Below are positions 16,423 through 26,553 of a stretch of 64,000 nt of DNA, piece by piece. Source of the DNA: Deltaproteobacteria bacterium (GTDB taxonomy: Bacteria; Desulfobacterota; Deferrisomatia; Deferrisomatales; BM512); contig PKTT01000002.1 of the NCBI GenBank assembly GCA_002869015.1, forward strand, positions 32,299-96,298, in the 5' to 3' direction. Both the position numbers and the translations under genes were made by a program. Under the pieces are notes generated by a model. That model had not been told where the DNA came from. It did not search any database and saw only the letters and a program-made list of their open reading frames with translations. Numbering within the stretch: position 1 is the first letter of the stretch; each line of letters begins with the position of its first letter.

Positions 16423-18019
16423 CCCCGCACTCCAGGGTAATACGAAAGAGCGCCCCGCCTCCGGGGGCATCTTCAAGCGCTACGCTACCTCCGTGATTTT
16501 GAGCTATCCTATGGACAAGCGCAAGGCCCAACCCAGAGCCTGAAGAGGAGCCGCTTACAAATGGCTCGAAGATATTATTTTTAAGGCCTACTTCAACGCC
16601 AGGTCCATTGTCGGCAAAGGTGAACTCAAAATTAGAGCCGTCAAAGCCCCCATTGATTACTACCTCGACCCCTCCAGGTGATGCCGTTAGTGAATTTTTG
16701 AAGAGATTTATTAGCACTTGCTCCATCTTCTCACGGTCACACTTTATAACAGTCCCCTTGGGGAGATTGTTTACCATGGTAAGCACTCCACGCCCCTCAC
16801 CCTGTTCTAGAAAAAGGGCAACCTCATCTACCAAAAGCGAGAAGTCAAAGGAGGATTTATTGACACTTCCGGGTCTTGCATATAGCAAAAATCCGCTAAC
16901 CAGGTTGTTGAGCCTTTCGGTCTCACGCTTGACAATGTTTAAGAGCCGCAGCTCTTTTTCGCTGTCTGGGCTCATGGTGCCGCATATGAGCTCAACGGAG
17001 CCTGATAAACTTGCCAGTGGATTCCGAACTTCATGGGCGAGTCCCGCAGCGAGCCTACCAATAGCCGCTAGCCGATCCGCCTGTTTCAGCCTTTCCGAAA
17101 GCTTTCTAAGCTCCGTTAAATCCTGAAAGTTTATGATCTTGCCTGCGGCAGCGCCCTCATCATTGAGCAGCGGGACTACATTATACCCGAAAGTGACATC
17201 ACCCCTCTCTGTCTCCGCCTCCCCTCTGCCCTCCAGATTCAAGTCGAAAATGCCAGTTATAGCAACAGCATCTTCCGCTTTAACAGATGCGGTCTCAAGG
17301 AGCCTCTTACCGTTGTCATTGATAAACATTATATTGCCGGAGAGGTCAAAGGTTATAAGTCCACTGGCTAATGATTTTAAAATTCCTGTCTGGAGCCTTT
17401 CCAGATCGACAATTTCGCCCCTTGCCTCTTTTAGCGCAGAGGTCGTACGCCTTAGCTCCTCCGCCAGATATCCAGCCAACATCGCGGTGCTGTAGAATGC
17501 GGCAATATTCAAAGCAATTTTAAATGGCAGTGAAATTCCCGAGACAGTTCCGACCTCAAAGGGGGCAATGGGATTCACATAGCCATTAAATTGTAAGAGG
17601 ACGACTAACAGATAAGCAAAAGTGGCCCATGTAGCAGTTACGAAAGCGCCCTTCCTGAAGAAGAGCATTGCAGCGCCGATTATTGTGAAGAGGTAGATGA
17701 GTATCAGGGGGGAAGAGTAGCCACCAGTCAAAAAAATCAACACTGTGGCACAGAACACGTCCCAGACGGGCTGTGCTTTTAATAACCAATCACCGGCTCT
17801 TTTTCTTAGAACAAGTGTCGACGTAACCAAAGTTACGCCAAAGGAGAGGATCGCCATTACCACAAAACCGAAAATGGAGGGGTGAAGAGCGCCCCCTCCA
17901 AAATCACTACCAAGTGACGCGGCTACCGGGATGAGAGCTATAAGAACCGCTGCCCGCCCGAGGAGATATCCCCCTATCCTCTCAGCATTGCTCCCGCCAC
18001 TTTTTCGGCCTAGGGTCAT
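16415..18019 (-). CDS. pilS: Membrane sensor histidine kinase, PilS by synteny
   Basis: About six N-terminal TM helices and a PAS-like region. H-box AHEVRNPLASLSG. ATPase boxes NLFKNSLTA, DNGPGV and GSGLGLALV. Located between pilC and pilR. Confidence 0.75.
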   Translation of the reverse strand: MTLGRKSGGSNAERIGGYLLGRAAVLIALIPVAASLGSDFGGGALHPSIFGFVVMAILSFGVTLVTSTLVLRKRAGDWLLKAQPVWDVFCATVLIFLTGGYSSPLILIYLFTIIGAAMLFFRKGAFVTATWATFAYLLVVLLQFNGYVNPIAPFEVGTVSGISLPFKIALNIAAFYSTAMLAGYLAEELRRTTSALKEARGEIVDLERLQTGILKSLASGLITFDLSGNIMFINDNGKRLLETASVKAEDAVAITGIFDLNLEGRGEAETERGDVTFGYNVVPLLNDEGAAAGKIINFQDLTELRKLSERLKQADRLAAIGRLAAGLAHEVRNPLASLSGSVELICGTMSPDSEKELRLLNIVKRETERLNNLVSGFLLYARPGSVNKSSFDFSLLVDEVALFLEQGEGRGVLTMVNNLPKGTVIKCDREKMEQVLINLFKNSLTASPGGVEVVINGGFDGSNFEFTFADNGPGVEVGLKNNIFEPFVSGSSSGSGLGLALVHRIAQNHGGSVALEDAPGGGALFRITLECGDD

Positions 18020-18022
18020 GAA

Positions 18023-19234
18023 TTAGCCGGCTACTGCACCCGCCATCGTGAAGACAGGTAGATACATTGCGATTATAAGTCCGCCGATTGTTCCACCTAG
18101 AAAAACCATCAAAAGCGGCTCGATAGCTGACGTAAGCGCAGCTACCGCCTCATCAACCTCGGTATCATAAAAATCTGCGATCTTTGCCAACATCTGGTCG
18201 AGTGCGCCGGTTGCCTCACCGACAGATATCATCTGTACAACCATAGGCGGGAAAACCTTTGTCTCCTCAAGCGGCTCGGCGATGGTGCGCCCCTCGGAGA
18301 TAGATTCTCTGGTCATCATAATAGCCCGCTCGACAACTACGTTCCCAGCTGTTTTGGCAACGACATCCAAGCCCTCGAGAATGGGAACACCTGATGATAA
18401 AAGTGTGCCAAGGGTTCTCGTGAATTTTGCAACGGCAACTTTGCGAATAAGTGGTCCAACAATGGGCATCTTTATGAAGGCCTTGTCAAAGGCAGCCCGT
18501 CCCTTCTCTGTTTTATATACCTTTTTGACGACAATGATGAAGATGACCAAAACACCCAATATCATCAAGAAGTAACTCTGCACAAATTCGCTCAAATTTA
18601 TTACGAATTGAGTGGGGGCGGGCAGCGCCTTGCCACCTGCAGAAAACAACTGCTGGAACACCGGTATAACCCATATCAGGATAACGGCAACTACTATAAC
18701 TGCTACGCCAAGGACAGATGCCGGGTAGACCATGGCCCCCTTGACTTTCTTCCTCAGGTTCATCGCTTTTTCTATGTAAGCTGCAAGCCTGTTCATAATT
18801 GTGTCGAGGATGCCGCCCACCTCTCCTGCGGCCACCAGGTTCACAAAGAGCCTGTCAAATACATTTGGGTGTTTGCCCAAGGCTTCGGCAAACGTGGAGC
18901 CAGACTCGACATCCTCCTTTACCTTCACAAGAACCTTTTTGAAGGTCAGGTTGGGTTGCTGTGACGAGAGGATATCAAGGCACTGAACCAGCGGGAGGCC
19001 TGCATCGATCATCGTAGCAAATTGCTTTGTGAATATGACCAGGTCAGCGGTTTTTATCTTCTGCTTAAGACCCGGGATATTTATCTCAATGTCGCCTATG
19101 GATTTTGAGATTTTATTAACCTTTATCCCCTGCGCGCTCAGGCTGGCCCTCGCTACACTCTCATTTTTGGCCTCTAAAACACCGGATTGAGCAGTGCCTT
19201 GCTTGTTTCTACCTTCCCATTTAAATTTAGGCAT
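18023..19234 (-). CDS. pilC: Type IV pilus assembly platform protein PilC (GspF family)
   Basis: 403 aa with the duplicated GspF domain (FTKQFATMIDAGLPL / FTRTLGTLLSSGVPI) and three TM segments. Confidence 0.9.
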   Translation of the reverse strand: MPKFKWEGRNKQGTAQSGVLEAKNESVARASLSAQGIKVNKISKSIGDIEINIPGLKQKIKTADLVIFTKQFATMIDAGLPLVQCLDILSSQQPNLTFKKVLVKVKEDVESGSTFAEALGKHPNVFDRLFVNLVAAGEVGGILDTIMNRLAAYIEKAMNLRKKVKGAMVYPASVLGVAVIVVAVILIWVIPVFQQLFSAGGKALPAPTQFVINLSEFVQSYFLMILGVLVIFIIVVKKVYKTEKGRAAFDKAFIKMPIVGPLIRKVAVAKFTRTLGTLLSSGVPILEGLDVVAKTAGNVVVERAIMMTRESISEGRTIAEPLEETKVFPPMVVQMISVGEATGALDQMLAKIADFYDTEVDEAVAALTSAIEPLLMVFLGGTIGGLIIAMYLPVFTMAGAVAG

Positions 19235-19272
19235 CTGATTCTCCTGCGTCTGCCTTGTGGCTCAAGTTCATA

Positions 19273-20394
19273 TCAATTTCTATTACCAGTACCGACGATG
19301 CGCTGCTGAATAACATCAGGGGTGCCTGCATTGAACATCTGGCGGAGCTCCTCGGGGTCTTGACTCCTAAGCATCGCCAATTCAAGGTCAATCTCTTTTC
19401 TATTCACCAGATGATAGAGGTGCTGGTTCATCGTCTGCATCTTGAACTTATCTTGCCCCATCTGCATCTGAGAATAAATCTGGTGAACCTTATCCTCGCG
19501 TATGAGGTTTCTTACAGCGGAGTTTGGCACCATGACCTCGCAGGCCAATACTCGGCCTTTACCGCTGGCTCGAGGCAATAGTATCTGGCTTAAGATACCC
19601 TCTAGGACGAAGGATAACTGAGCCCTTATCTGTGCCTGCTGGTGCGCGGGAAAGACATCGACTATACGGTTTATAGTCTGGACAGCTCCGTTGGTGTGGA
19701 GGGTGGCTAGGCAGAGATGGCCCGTCTCCGCAACAGTTAGCGCGGCCTCGATAGTCTCAAGGTCACGCATCTCGCCTATGAGCACGATATCTGGGTCCTG
19801 CCTTAGAATATAGCGTAAAGCTGTATGAAAGCTCTCCGTATCGGCGCGCACCTCCCGCTGATTTATCAAGCACTTCTTGTGGGGGTGCAGATACTCTATC
19901 GGGTCCTCTATGGTAATTATGTGCTCATGCCTCGTGGAGTTTATCTTATCTATCATTGAGGCGAGGGTCGTTGATTTACCCGATCCGGTAGGGCCTGTTA
20001 CAAGGATGAGTCCTCTTGGACGCTTTGAGATGTCATCTACGACAGATGGTAGGCCAAGCTCGTCGAAGGTTAAGATTTTAAAGGGAATTGTTCTGAAGGC
20101 ACCGGCTACCGCGCCTCGCTGAACAAAAATGTTAGCACGAAAACGGGAGAGGTTCTTGACTCCGAAGCTGAGGTCGAGCTCACTCTCCTCCTCAAAACGG
20201 TGCTTTTGGGCATCGGTTAGAACCGAATAGCAGAGAACCTTAGTCTCCGGGGGCGTAAGCGGAGCCATCCCCTCAAGTGGCACCAAAACGCCGTCGATTC
20301 TAACCTGGGGCGGTGTCCCGGCGGTGATGTGGAGGTCGGAAGCTCCCTTATCGACCATCGTCTTCAGTAGCTGGTGCAGGTTCGCCACTTTCAC
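19273..20394 (-). CDS. pilT: Type IV pilus retraction ATPase PilT
   Basis: N-terminus LLKTMVDKGASDLHITAG. Walker A GPTGSGKST. Asp/His boxes (GEMRDLETI, TGHLCLATLHTN). AIRNLIRE-like motif AVRNLIRE. Confidence 0.9.
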   Translation of the reverse strand: MKVANLHQLLKTMVDKGASDLHITAGTPPQVRIDGVLVPLEGMAPLTPPETKVLCYSVLTDAQKHRFEEESELDLSFGVKNLSRFRANIFVQRGAVAGAFRTIPFKILTFDELGLPSVVDDISKRPRGLILVTGPTGSGKSTTLASMIDKINSTRHEHIITIEDPIEYLHPHKKCLINQREVRADTESFHTALRYILRQDPDIVLIGEMRDLETIEAALTVAETGHLCLATLHTNGAVQTINRIVDVFPAHQQAQIRAQLSFVLEGILSQILLPRASGKGRVLACEVMVPNSAVRNLIREDKVHQIYSQMQMGQDKFKMQTMNQHLYHLVNRKEIDLELAMLRSQDPEELRQMFNAGTPDVIQQRIVGTGNRN

Positions 20395-20419
20395 ACTCCT
20401 TTATGCGCTTGGCCGCTTA

Positions 20420-22114
20420 TCAATCAGGCGCGGTGGTGCGCACAATCTCTTCGATCGTCGTAACGCCCTCTTCGATCTTGTTTATGCCGCTCATTCTAAG
20501 TGAGTTCATGCCGCCGCGGATAGCTGCTTCCTTGATCTCCATAGCGGAGCCGCCATTTAAGATAAGCTCTCGCACCTCATCATTTATCGGCATTACCTCG
20601 TAAAGCGCGACACGGCCTTTGTAGCCAGTGCCGTTGCAGGTACCGCAGCCATCCCCCTTGTAACACTTCATCTCTGCGGCGCGCTCAGGGTCTACGCCGA
20701 TATCCACCAAGGCTTGCAGAGGCACCTCAACCTGCACCCTGCACTCGCTACAGATACGGCGCGCAAGGCGCTGCGCAAGAACAAGGTTGGTCGCCGACGC
20801 TACAAGAAATGGCTCCACGCCCATATTCAAGAGTCGGTTTATAGTTGAGGGGGCATCGTTCGTGTGTAGAGTCGAGAGTACAAGGTGACCAGTAAGCGCT
20901 GCCTTGATGCCAATCTCCGCTGTCTCGAAGTCTCGAATTTCGCCAACCATTATGATGTCGGGGTCCTGTCTGAGAAAGCTCCTCAGCGCAGCGGCGAAGT
21001 TCAGCCCGATTTCATCATGCATCTGCACCTGATTTATACCCATCAGGTTGAACTCAACAGGGTCCTCCGCCGTAGATATATTGGTCTCCAGGGTATTTAG
21101 CTCGGAGAGGGCAGAGTAAAGAGTTGTCGTTTTACCGGACCCCGTCGGGCCTGTTACGAGCACCATGCCGTAAGGTTTATAGATGGCATCCTTGAAATTT
21201 TTTAGCGCGTCCTCTTCAAAGCCCAGCTTGGTCATATCCAGCTGGAGGTTTGACTTGTCAAGGAGGCGCAGAACAATCTTTTCTCCAAAGAGGGTAGGCA
21301 GAACAGAGACGCGGTAGTCCATGTCCTGATCGCGGCCCAACTTGAGCTTTATTCGGCCATCCTGTGGCAGCCTACGTTCGGCGATATCGAGCTGGCTCAT
21401 AATTTTAATGCGGCTTGTAATTGCGTTTTTGAGCCGCATGGGGGGGCGCATCTCCTCATAGAGGACACCGTCAACCCTGTACCTTACCCGGAAGTTTTTC
21501 TCGTAGGGCTCGATATGTATATCACTCGCGCCCTTTTTAATAGCGCTGGTGAGAATCAAATTGACCAGCTTTACGACGGGAGCGTCATCGACGGCTTTTT
21601 CAAGGTCCCTGACATCGAAATCTTCCACATCCTCGACGACCTCGAAGTCTTCGACCTCAAAATCGCTCATTACATCCATCAAGGTTGCGGACTGGTCGTA
21701 ATACTTGTCTATAGCGCCCTTTATGGCGGGGGGGGAAGCGAGGACAACTTCAACGTTGTAGCCGGTGAGAAATTTTATATCGTCAATTGCAAACATATCG
21801 GAGGGGTCTTCAACCGCTACTATGAGGGTGGACCCGACCCTGTTAATCGGTATCAGATGATATTTCTGTACAAGCTCCTCCGATACCAGGCGGATTACAT
21901 CGGGGTCTATGTCATAGCTTTGCAGGTCAACAGGGGGGATACCATACTGTTTGCTCAGGAGCTTGACGAAATCATCCTCTTTGACGAAGTTTAATTTGAT
22001 AAGCGCCTCGCCGAAGCGACTTCCGCCCCTATCAACCTCTTCGCGGACCTTTTTGAGCTGGTCCTGCGTGATTATATTGTCTCTAACGAGAAATTCGCCA
22101 AGTTTTTTTGACAT
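20420..22114 (-). CDS. pilB: Type IV pilus assembly ATPase PilB (GspE family)
   Basis: 564 aa. N-terminal MshEN/GspE-N type domain. Walker A GPTGSGKTTT. GEIRDFETA and TGHLVLSTLHTN boxes. Tetracysteine Zn motif (CSEC...CGTCNGTG). Confidence 0.9.
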   Translation of the reverse strand: MSKKLGEFLVRDNIITQDQLKKVREEVDRGGSRFGEALIKLNFVKEDDFVKLLSKQYGIPPVDLQSYDIDPDVIRLVSEELVQKYHLIPINRVGSTLIVAVEDPSDMFAIDDIKFLTGYNVEVVLASPPAIKGAIDKYYDQSATLMDVMSDFEVEDFEVVEDVEDFDVRDLEKAVDDAPVVKLVNLILTSAIKKGASDIHIEPYEKNFRVRYRVDGVLYEEMRPPMRLKNAITSRIKIMSQLDIAERRLPQDGRIKLKLGRDQDMDYRVSVLPTLFGEKIVLRLLDKSNLQLDMTKLGFEEDALKNFKDAIYKPYGMVLVTGPTGSGKTTTLYSALSELNTLETNISTAEDPVEFNLMGINQVQMHDEIGLNFAAALRSFLRQDPDIIMVGEIRDFETAEIGIKAALTGHLVLSTLHTNDAPSTINRLLNMGVEPFLVASATNLVLAQRLARRICSECRVQVEVPLQALVDIGVDPERAAEMKCYKGDGCGTCNGTGYKGRVALYEVMPINDEVRELILNGGSAMEIKEAAIRGGMNSLRMSGINKIEEGVTTIEEIVRTTAPD

Positions 22115-22154
22115 ATCGCACCCTTCGAAACTGCCCCTATAAGGAACAGATTAC

Positions 22155-23021
22155 TTACTGAGCCCCCTCGTAAAGCGCTTGCTCCATAACTTTTACCGGT
22201 GGCTCTAGCCCCGTCCAAAGCCACAGCGCCGCAGCTCCCTGCAATAATAACATGGAGAGCCCTGAAGTGACCTTTAAACCGGCAAGCTTAGCTTCTTTTT
22301 CCAGTGAACTCCCGCCTGGCATATACGCCATATCATAGAGGAGCACACCTTTATCAAGCTTTTCAAGCTCCCAGGGCCATCTTCCATCGGGTGAGAGCCC
22401 CAATGGGGTAGCGCTGGCAACAAGGTCCCCCGGCTTTGCCTTGGCGGGCAGCTCCGCGAGGGGCAAAAAAGAGAGGCTGCTCTTACCCGCTGCGCCGGAA
22501 AGCTCCGAAACCACCTCCTCAATACGAGAAGGGTTTCTTCCGGTGATATATATCTCTTCAACGCCTAACGAAGCATAGCCAAGAACAGCTGCGCGGGCAG
22601 CGCCTCCGCCACCCACTACAAAACCTTTCGAGGAGGGCTTAAAACCCAGCTCACGCACTATAGCACCGGAGAAGCCCTCTACGTCAGTATTATGCGCCCG
22701 CCAGCCACCGGCGCATCTTACCAGTGTGTTGGCAGCGCCAGTTGCAGAGGCGGTTATGTCGGCTTCGGTGGATAAAGCCAATGCCGATACCTTATGGGGC
22801 ACTGTTATATTGAGCCCCCTAACACCTAAAGCATATGCGCCTTTTAGCGCATCCGCCAGCGCTTCGCCTCCCACATCAAACGCCAGATAGCAGGCGTCAA
22901 TACCAAGAGCCTTGAGCGCGCTAGTTTGCATGACCGGTGAGAGGCTATGGCTGACTGGTGAGCCTATAACCCCGTATAGCCCGGTGGCGGCTGTAATCTT
23001 TAAATCACCGCCCATCATCAC
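22155..23021 (-). CDS. aroE: Shikimate dehydrogenase
   Basis: GVIGSPVSHSLSPVMQ substrate-binding motif and GGGGAARA NADP-binding loop. ATGA overlap with the ribF stop. Confidence 0.85.
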   Translation of the reverse strand: MMMGGDLKITAATGLYGVIGSPVSHSLSPVMQTSALKALGIDACYLAFDVGGEALADALKGAYALGVRGLNITVPHKVSALALSTEADITASATGAANTLVRCAGGWRAHNTDVEGFSGAIVRELGFKPSSKGFVVGGGGAARAAVLGYASLGVEEIYITGRNPSRIEEVVSELSGAAGKSSLSFLPLAELPAKAKPGDLVASATPLGLSPDGRWPWELEKLDKGVLLYDMAYMPGGSSLEKEAKLAGLKVTSGLSMLLLQGAAALWLWTGLEPPVKVMEQALYEGAQ

Positions 23022-23953
23022 ATCTCCGCGCTCGAAGAGAGGTCGCCCCTGACCCGCTCCACGTCCCTCGCTATCTGCTTAACAAGGGCCTCTGGAGAAC
23101 TGAATGCCACCTCTCCCCTAACGGGCGAGTTGAAAGCTAACTTTAGTTCATCGCCATAAATATCGGCATCAAAATCCAACAAAAACGCCTCCACCGAAAG
23201 AGAAACTCCATCGAAGGTGGGGTTGGGGCCAATATTCACCGCCGCCATGTAACGGCAATTGCCTATGTGCGCCCAAGCTGAATATACACCGTTGGGCGGC
23301 AGGCACTCCTGGCGCGGCAAAATATTTGCTGTGGGGAAGCCCAAACCTTTACCAACAGCTCGTCCGTGAACCACCGGGCCGCTAATTTCATAGGGCCTGC
23401 CAAGCAATTCTCCCGCACGCCTGAAATCACACCTCTCAACAGCGGCCCTTACCGCGGTCGAACTTACGCGCTCACCATCAAGGATAAATGGCTCAAGGGA
23501 ATGAACCGTGTACCCTTTTAGCTTGCCTACTTCAGCCAGAAGCTTTGTATTACCCGAGCGCCCCCTGCCGAAAGCGAAGTCCGGTCCAATCCACACCTCG
23601 CTGGCGCCAAGCTCGCCACCGATGATGTTGTCGGCGAACTTCTCGGGCTCCATCTCCGCATACTGGCGGTCAAAGCGCACTCTTATGAGATAGTCGATGC
23701 CCTCTTCGGCTATGAGGTGCACCTTGCCCTCGAAATCAAGCAGCATCTTAGGGCAAAAAGAGGGGTTAAGGACTCTCAGAGGGTGAGGGTCAAAAGTGTA
23801 TACGACCGATGGTCCCCCTAGCTTTTTGGCCCTTTCGCTTATGTGTCGGAGCAGCGCTTTGTGTCCCAGGTGGACACCGTCAAAATTCCCCATCGTGACG
23901 ACAGAGCGTGAAAAGAGGCCCCGGCGCAGATCCGTGTCATTCAATACCTGCAT
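23018..23953 (-). CDS. ribF: Bifunctional riboflavin kinase / FMN adenylyltransferase
   Basis: GNFDGVHLGHKAL adenylyltransferase motif and C-terminal riboflavin kinase domain (GFPTANI...). ATG at 23953 is preferred over the ORF start at 24004 because a promoter-like element lies at 24010-24036. Confidence 0.88.
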   Translation of the reverse strand: MQVLNDTDLRRGLFSRSVVTMGNFDGVHLGHKALLRHISERAKKLGGPSVVYTFDPHPLRVLNPSFCPKMLLDFEGKVHLIAEEGIDYLIRVRFDRQYAEMEPEKFADNIIGGELGASEVWIGPDFAFGRGRSGNTKLLAEVGKLKGYTVHSLEPFILDGERVSSTAVRAAVERCDFRRAGELLGRPYEISGPVVHGRAVGKGLGFPTANILPRQECLPPNGVYSAWAHIGNCRYMAAVNIGPNPTFDGVSLSVEAFLLDFDADIYGDELKLAFNSPVRGEVAFSSPEALVKQIARDVERVRGDLSSSAEM

Positions 23954-24009
23954 AATCGTATAATCGCCCTCCCCGGGCGACGTGTAATTGGCACAACACA
24001 ACAACTTTA

Positions 24010-24036
24010 AAGTATAGGAAAATCAACAGCTTGTCA
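24010..24036 (-). promoter_or_regulatory. Sigma-70-like promoter for ribF-aroE
   Basis: On the minus strand, TTGACA (24036-24031), a 15-16 nt spacer, then TATACT (24015-24010), about 55 nt upstream of ATG 23953. Confidence 0.4.
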
Positions 24037-24122
24037 ATATTCGCGGCCTTTACCGGGTTGCTATCGGAACCACAAGTGACTTAAAGTTCCAGAGAGTTCT
24101 TCCTGGCGCGTAGAAAGGTTTT

Positions 24123-25592
24123 TCAGGGCGCCCCAGGGGCACCTTTCCTCGTAAAACCTCTCTCTTCAAGCCTTCCGATAACGCGCTTCTCCCACTTTGT
24201 CGTTCCCTTTTCAAGAGGCCCCAGCCCCGCTGGAGGTTCTTTTAACCAGGGTGCGTATATGACCTTATCCAGCTTGAACTCACCATCCCAGCCGGGATAG
24301 CTTTTTACTGGCGTATCATAGCCATCCTCAATAAGGGGATTCTGGGCTGAAGCGCCAAGGTCATTAAGAATTGCCGTAGCAGCCTCTCCCCACCAGTTGC
24401 CGCCTGCCGCTACGGATGACTGCTCAGGGGTGTCGTCATCGAACTCCTGCGGAATCTCCCGCCCCTTACTTACAAGGCCCTGGTTTCGCGCCTGTCTTGA
24501 GCGTCGCGGCTTCGAGGAGGCTCTCTTTTCCCAATCTGAGCTCATCATATCGCCCAGCTTAATTACCAGGGAGTTCTCGCTGAGGTCATTACCGCTGATA
24601 CGCGCATAGGATGACGCTTCAAGGAAGATAGCCAATTTATTTTTATTAAACCTGTTATTTACAACTTCCGGTTCACAAAGTTGATTACATTGAAGCGCGG
24701 TTTGGTTATTTTCCAAGCGATTATGGGATATTAAGGGGCTGGAGGACTGATAACATTCTATCCCCACCTTATTTTCTTTTATAATGTTTGACTCAATGAG
24801 GGGCGAGGAGAATTGGGTGCAGAGGATTGCCTTGCCTGCACCTTTTATTACGTTGTGGGCGACGACCATATCGCCAGTCGCCTGGGAAATGCCGATGCCT
24901 ATATCTCCCCCGCTTATTATGTTGTCAAAAACGGGCGCTGTGTCACCCACGAGGAATATCCCCCTTTTTGTACCAGTTATCAGGTTGCCCTGTATAAGGG
25001 GGAAGGCATTCTGGCCCTTGTAAATAGCTGCTTCGCCACAATTTTTGAAAGTATTAGATTGAATAAGAGGTGACGCGCCCAGGGAGACTTCAACCCCCGA
25101 CCGCTCCATATTCTCAACAATATTTCCTGAGAACAGTGAGAGCCCCTTCATCATGAAGCGAACCCCAATTACACCCCCTTCAAATCTTGAATCAACAATC
25201 TCGCCATTAATGCCTGTGATTGTAAAATCTTCATAGCCAGAAGCAGTCACTCCTTTAAAGCTCAAGAACGCCTTTTCTCCAGAGACTTTTATACCCTTCC
25301 AGCGAACGCCCTCCTCAGCTGGGAAAAGCAAGATGGGTGAATCATCCTCGCCCTTAGCCGATAGACCGCCGATTATCTCCAGCCTACCATCTCCGCCAAA
25401 GGAGATCTTGCTTCCCGGCGCGATAGTGAGCGTTGCACCCTCCTCTACAGTTAACGGGCCATCAACGGCAACCTCTCCACTCCACACAGTATCCTCGGAT
25501 ATTTTTCCCGGGGCTATCGAAGTAGCCGCATAGGAGGAGAGCGGGAGGGCCTGCGCGATGAGGATAAATAAGAGTAGCGCGGTTCTTTTCAA
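24123..25592 (-). CDS. Secreted right-handed parallel beta-helix repeat protein (NosD-like), paralogue of 10164-11066
   Basis: Signal peptide MKRTALLLFILIAQALPLSSYA. N-terminal DTVWSGEVAVDG...ATLTIAPGSKISF parallels EVTWEGRVVVDR...GTLRIAPGTKILF of the 10164 gene. Many beta-helix rungs (NIVENMERSGVEV / NLITGTKRGIFLV / NIIKENKVGIECY). GGNWWG motif. Confidence 0.65.
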   Translation of the reverse strand: MKRTALLLFILIAQALPLSSYAATSIAPGKISEDTVWSGEVAVDGPLTVEEGATLTIAPGSKISFGGDGRLEIIGGLSAKGEDDSPILLFPAEEGVRWKGIKVSGEKAFLSFKGVTASGYEDFTITGINGEIVDSRFEGGVIGVRFMMKGLSLFSGNIVENMERSGVEVSLGASPLIQSNTFKNCGEAAIYKGQNAFPLIQGNLITGTKRGIFLVGDTAPVFDNIISGGDIGIGISQATGDMVVAHNVIKGAGKAILCTQFSSPLIESNIIKENKVGIECYQSSSPLISHNRLENNQTALQCNQLCEPEVVNNRFNKNKLAIFLEASSYARISGNDLSENSLVIKLGDMMSSDWEKRASSKPRRSRQARNQGLVSKGREIPQEFDDDTPEQSSVAAGGNWWGEAATAILNDLGASAQNPLIEDGYDTPVKSYPGWDGEFKLDKVIYAPWLKEPPAGLGPLEKGTTKWEKRVIGRLEERGFTRKGAPGAP

Positions 25593-25601
25593 CTTAAATC
25601 C

Positions 25602-26435
25602 CTAAATTTTTTCCAAAACATCAACAACCTCCTGAATCAACCATAGAGGAGTTGAGGCTCCGGCAGTAACACCAACTGAGGACAGGCTGCCAATTTCATC
25701 CAGTGGGAGCTCTTCAGGTTTTTCCACATACCAAGCCTTAATACCCCCTTCAACGGCAATTTCGTATAGCCTTCTGGTGTTGGCCGAATTTTTTCCTCCG
25801 ATTACTACAATACCCTCCAGCTCACCCGCCAAGCGCCGCACTTCCTCCTGGCGACGGTGAGTCGCCTTGCAGATGGTGGAAAGCGCCTCTCCTTTTGGGA
25901 AACGTTTAAGAAAGCGCTTTCGGATAGCTTCATAGTTCTCCTCATCCTGTGTCGTCTGTGCGACCAGAATAACCTTCTCCATAGGAGGCAGTTTATCAAT
26001 ATCTTCAGGGGCACTTATTAAATATGCGTTACCGCTAGCGTAGCCGAGAAGACCCACAACCTCAGGATGCCCCTCATCACCGGCAATGACTACCGCATAC
26101 CCGGCCGAGCTGAATTCTTTAATGCGGTTTTGGATTTTCTGTACTTTGGGGCATGTTGCATCCAAAACCACCGTGGCCTCGCGCTTAAGGCGCTCGTGGG
26201 TTCCCGGGGTTACGCCATGCGCGCGGATCACCACTGGGCCGGAGGGTATCTTCTCGCTCTCCCCAAGGGAGATGACCCCCTCGCTCTCAAGCCGTTCGAG
26301 CTCCTGGGGGTTATGTATAAGAGGTCCGCAGGTGTAAACCGGGCGCCCCTCGTCAGCGACTGTTTTAAGCGCCATATCAACAGCCATCCTTACACCCATG
26401 CAAAAACCCGCTGCATTAGCGAGGACAATCTTCAT
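25602..26435 (-). CDS. ispH: 4-hydroxy-3-methylbut-2-enyl diphosphate reductase
   Basis: MKIVLANAAGFCMGVRMAV N-terminus and conserved Cys in ...LDATCPKV.... 277 aa, typical IspH/LytB length. Confidence 0.9.
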   Translation of the reverse strand: MKIVLANAAGFCMGVRMAVDMALKTVADEGRPVYTCGPLIHNPQELERLESEGVISLGESEKIPSGPVVIRAHGVTPGTHERLKREATVVLDATCPKVQKIQNRIKEFSSAGYAVVIAGDEGHPEVVGLLGYASGNAYLISAPEDIDKLPPMEKVILVAQTTQDEENYEAIRKRFLKRFPKGEALSTICKATHRRQEEVRRLAGELEGIVVIGGKNSANTRRLYEIAVEGGIKAWYVEKPEELPLDEIGSLSSVGVTAGASTPLWLIQEVVDVLEKI

Positions 26436-26478
26436 ATATACTCCTCATTGAATATCTTATAGCCCATTTTACCATGAC

Positions 26479-26511
26479 AAAACCGCCAGCGGCGTAAAAA
26501 CCACTGGCGGT
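26479..26511 (-). terminator. Possible terminator after the Rrf2 gene
   Basis: 8-bp stem ACCGCCAG / CTGGCGGT (26482-26489 / 26504-26511) with a 14-nt loop. On the minus strand it is followed by TTTG only. The weak U-tract and large loop lower confidence. Confidence 0.3.
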
Positions 26512-26553
26512 TCGGTGTTGCAAAAAGTTTCCTGCTACTCGTCTAAATGATAA

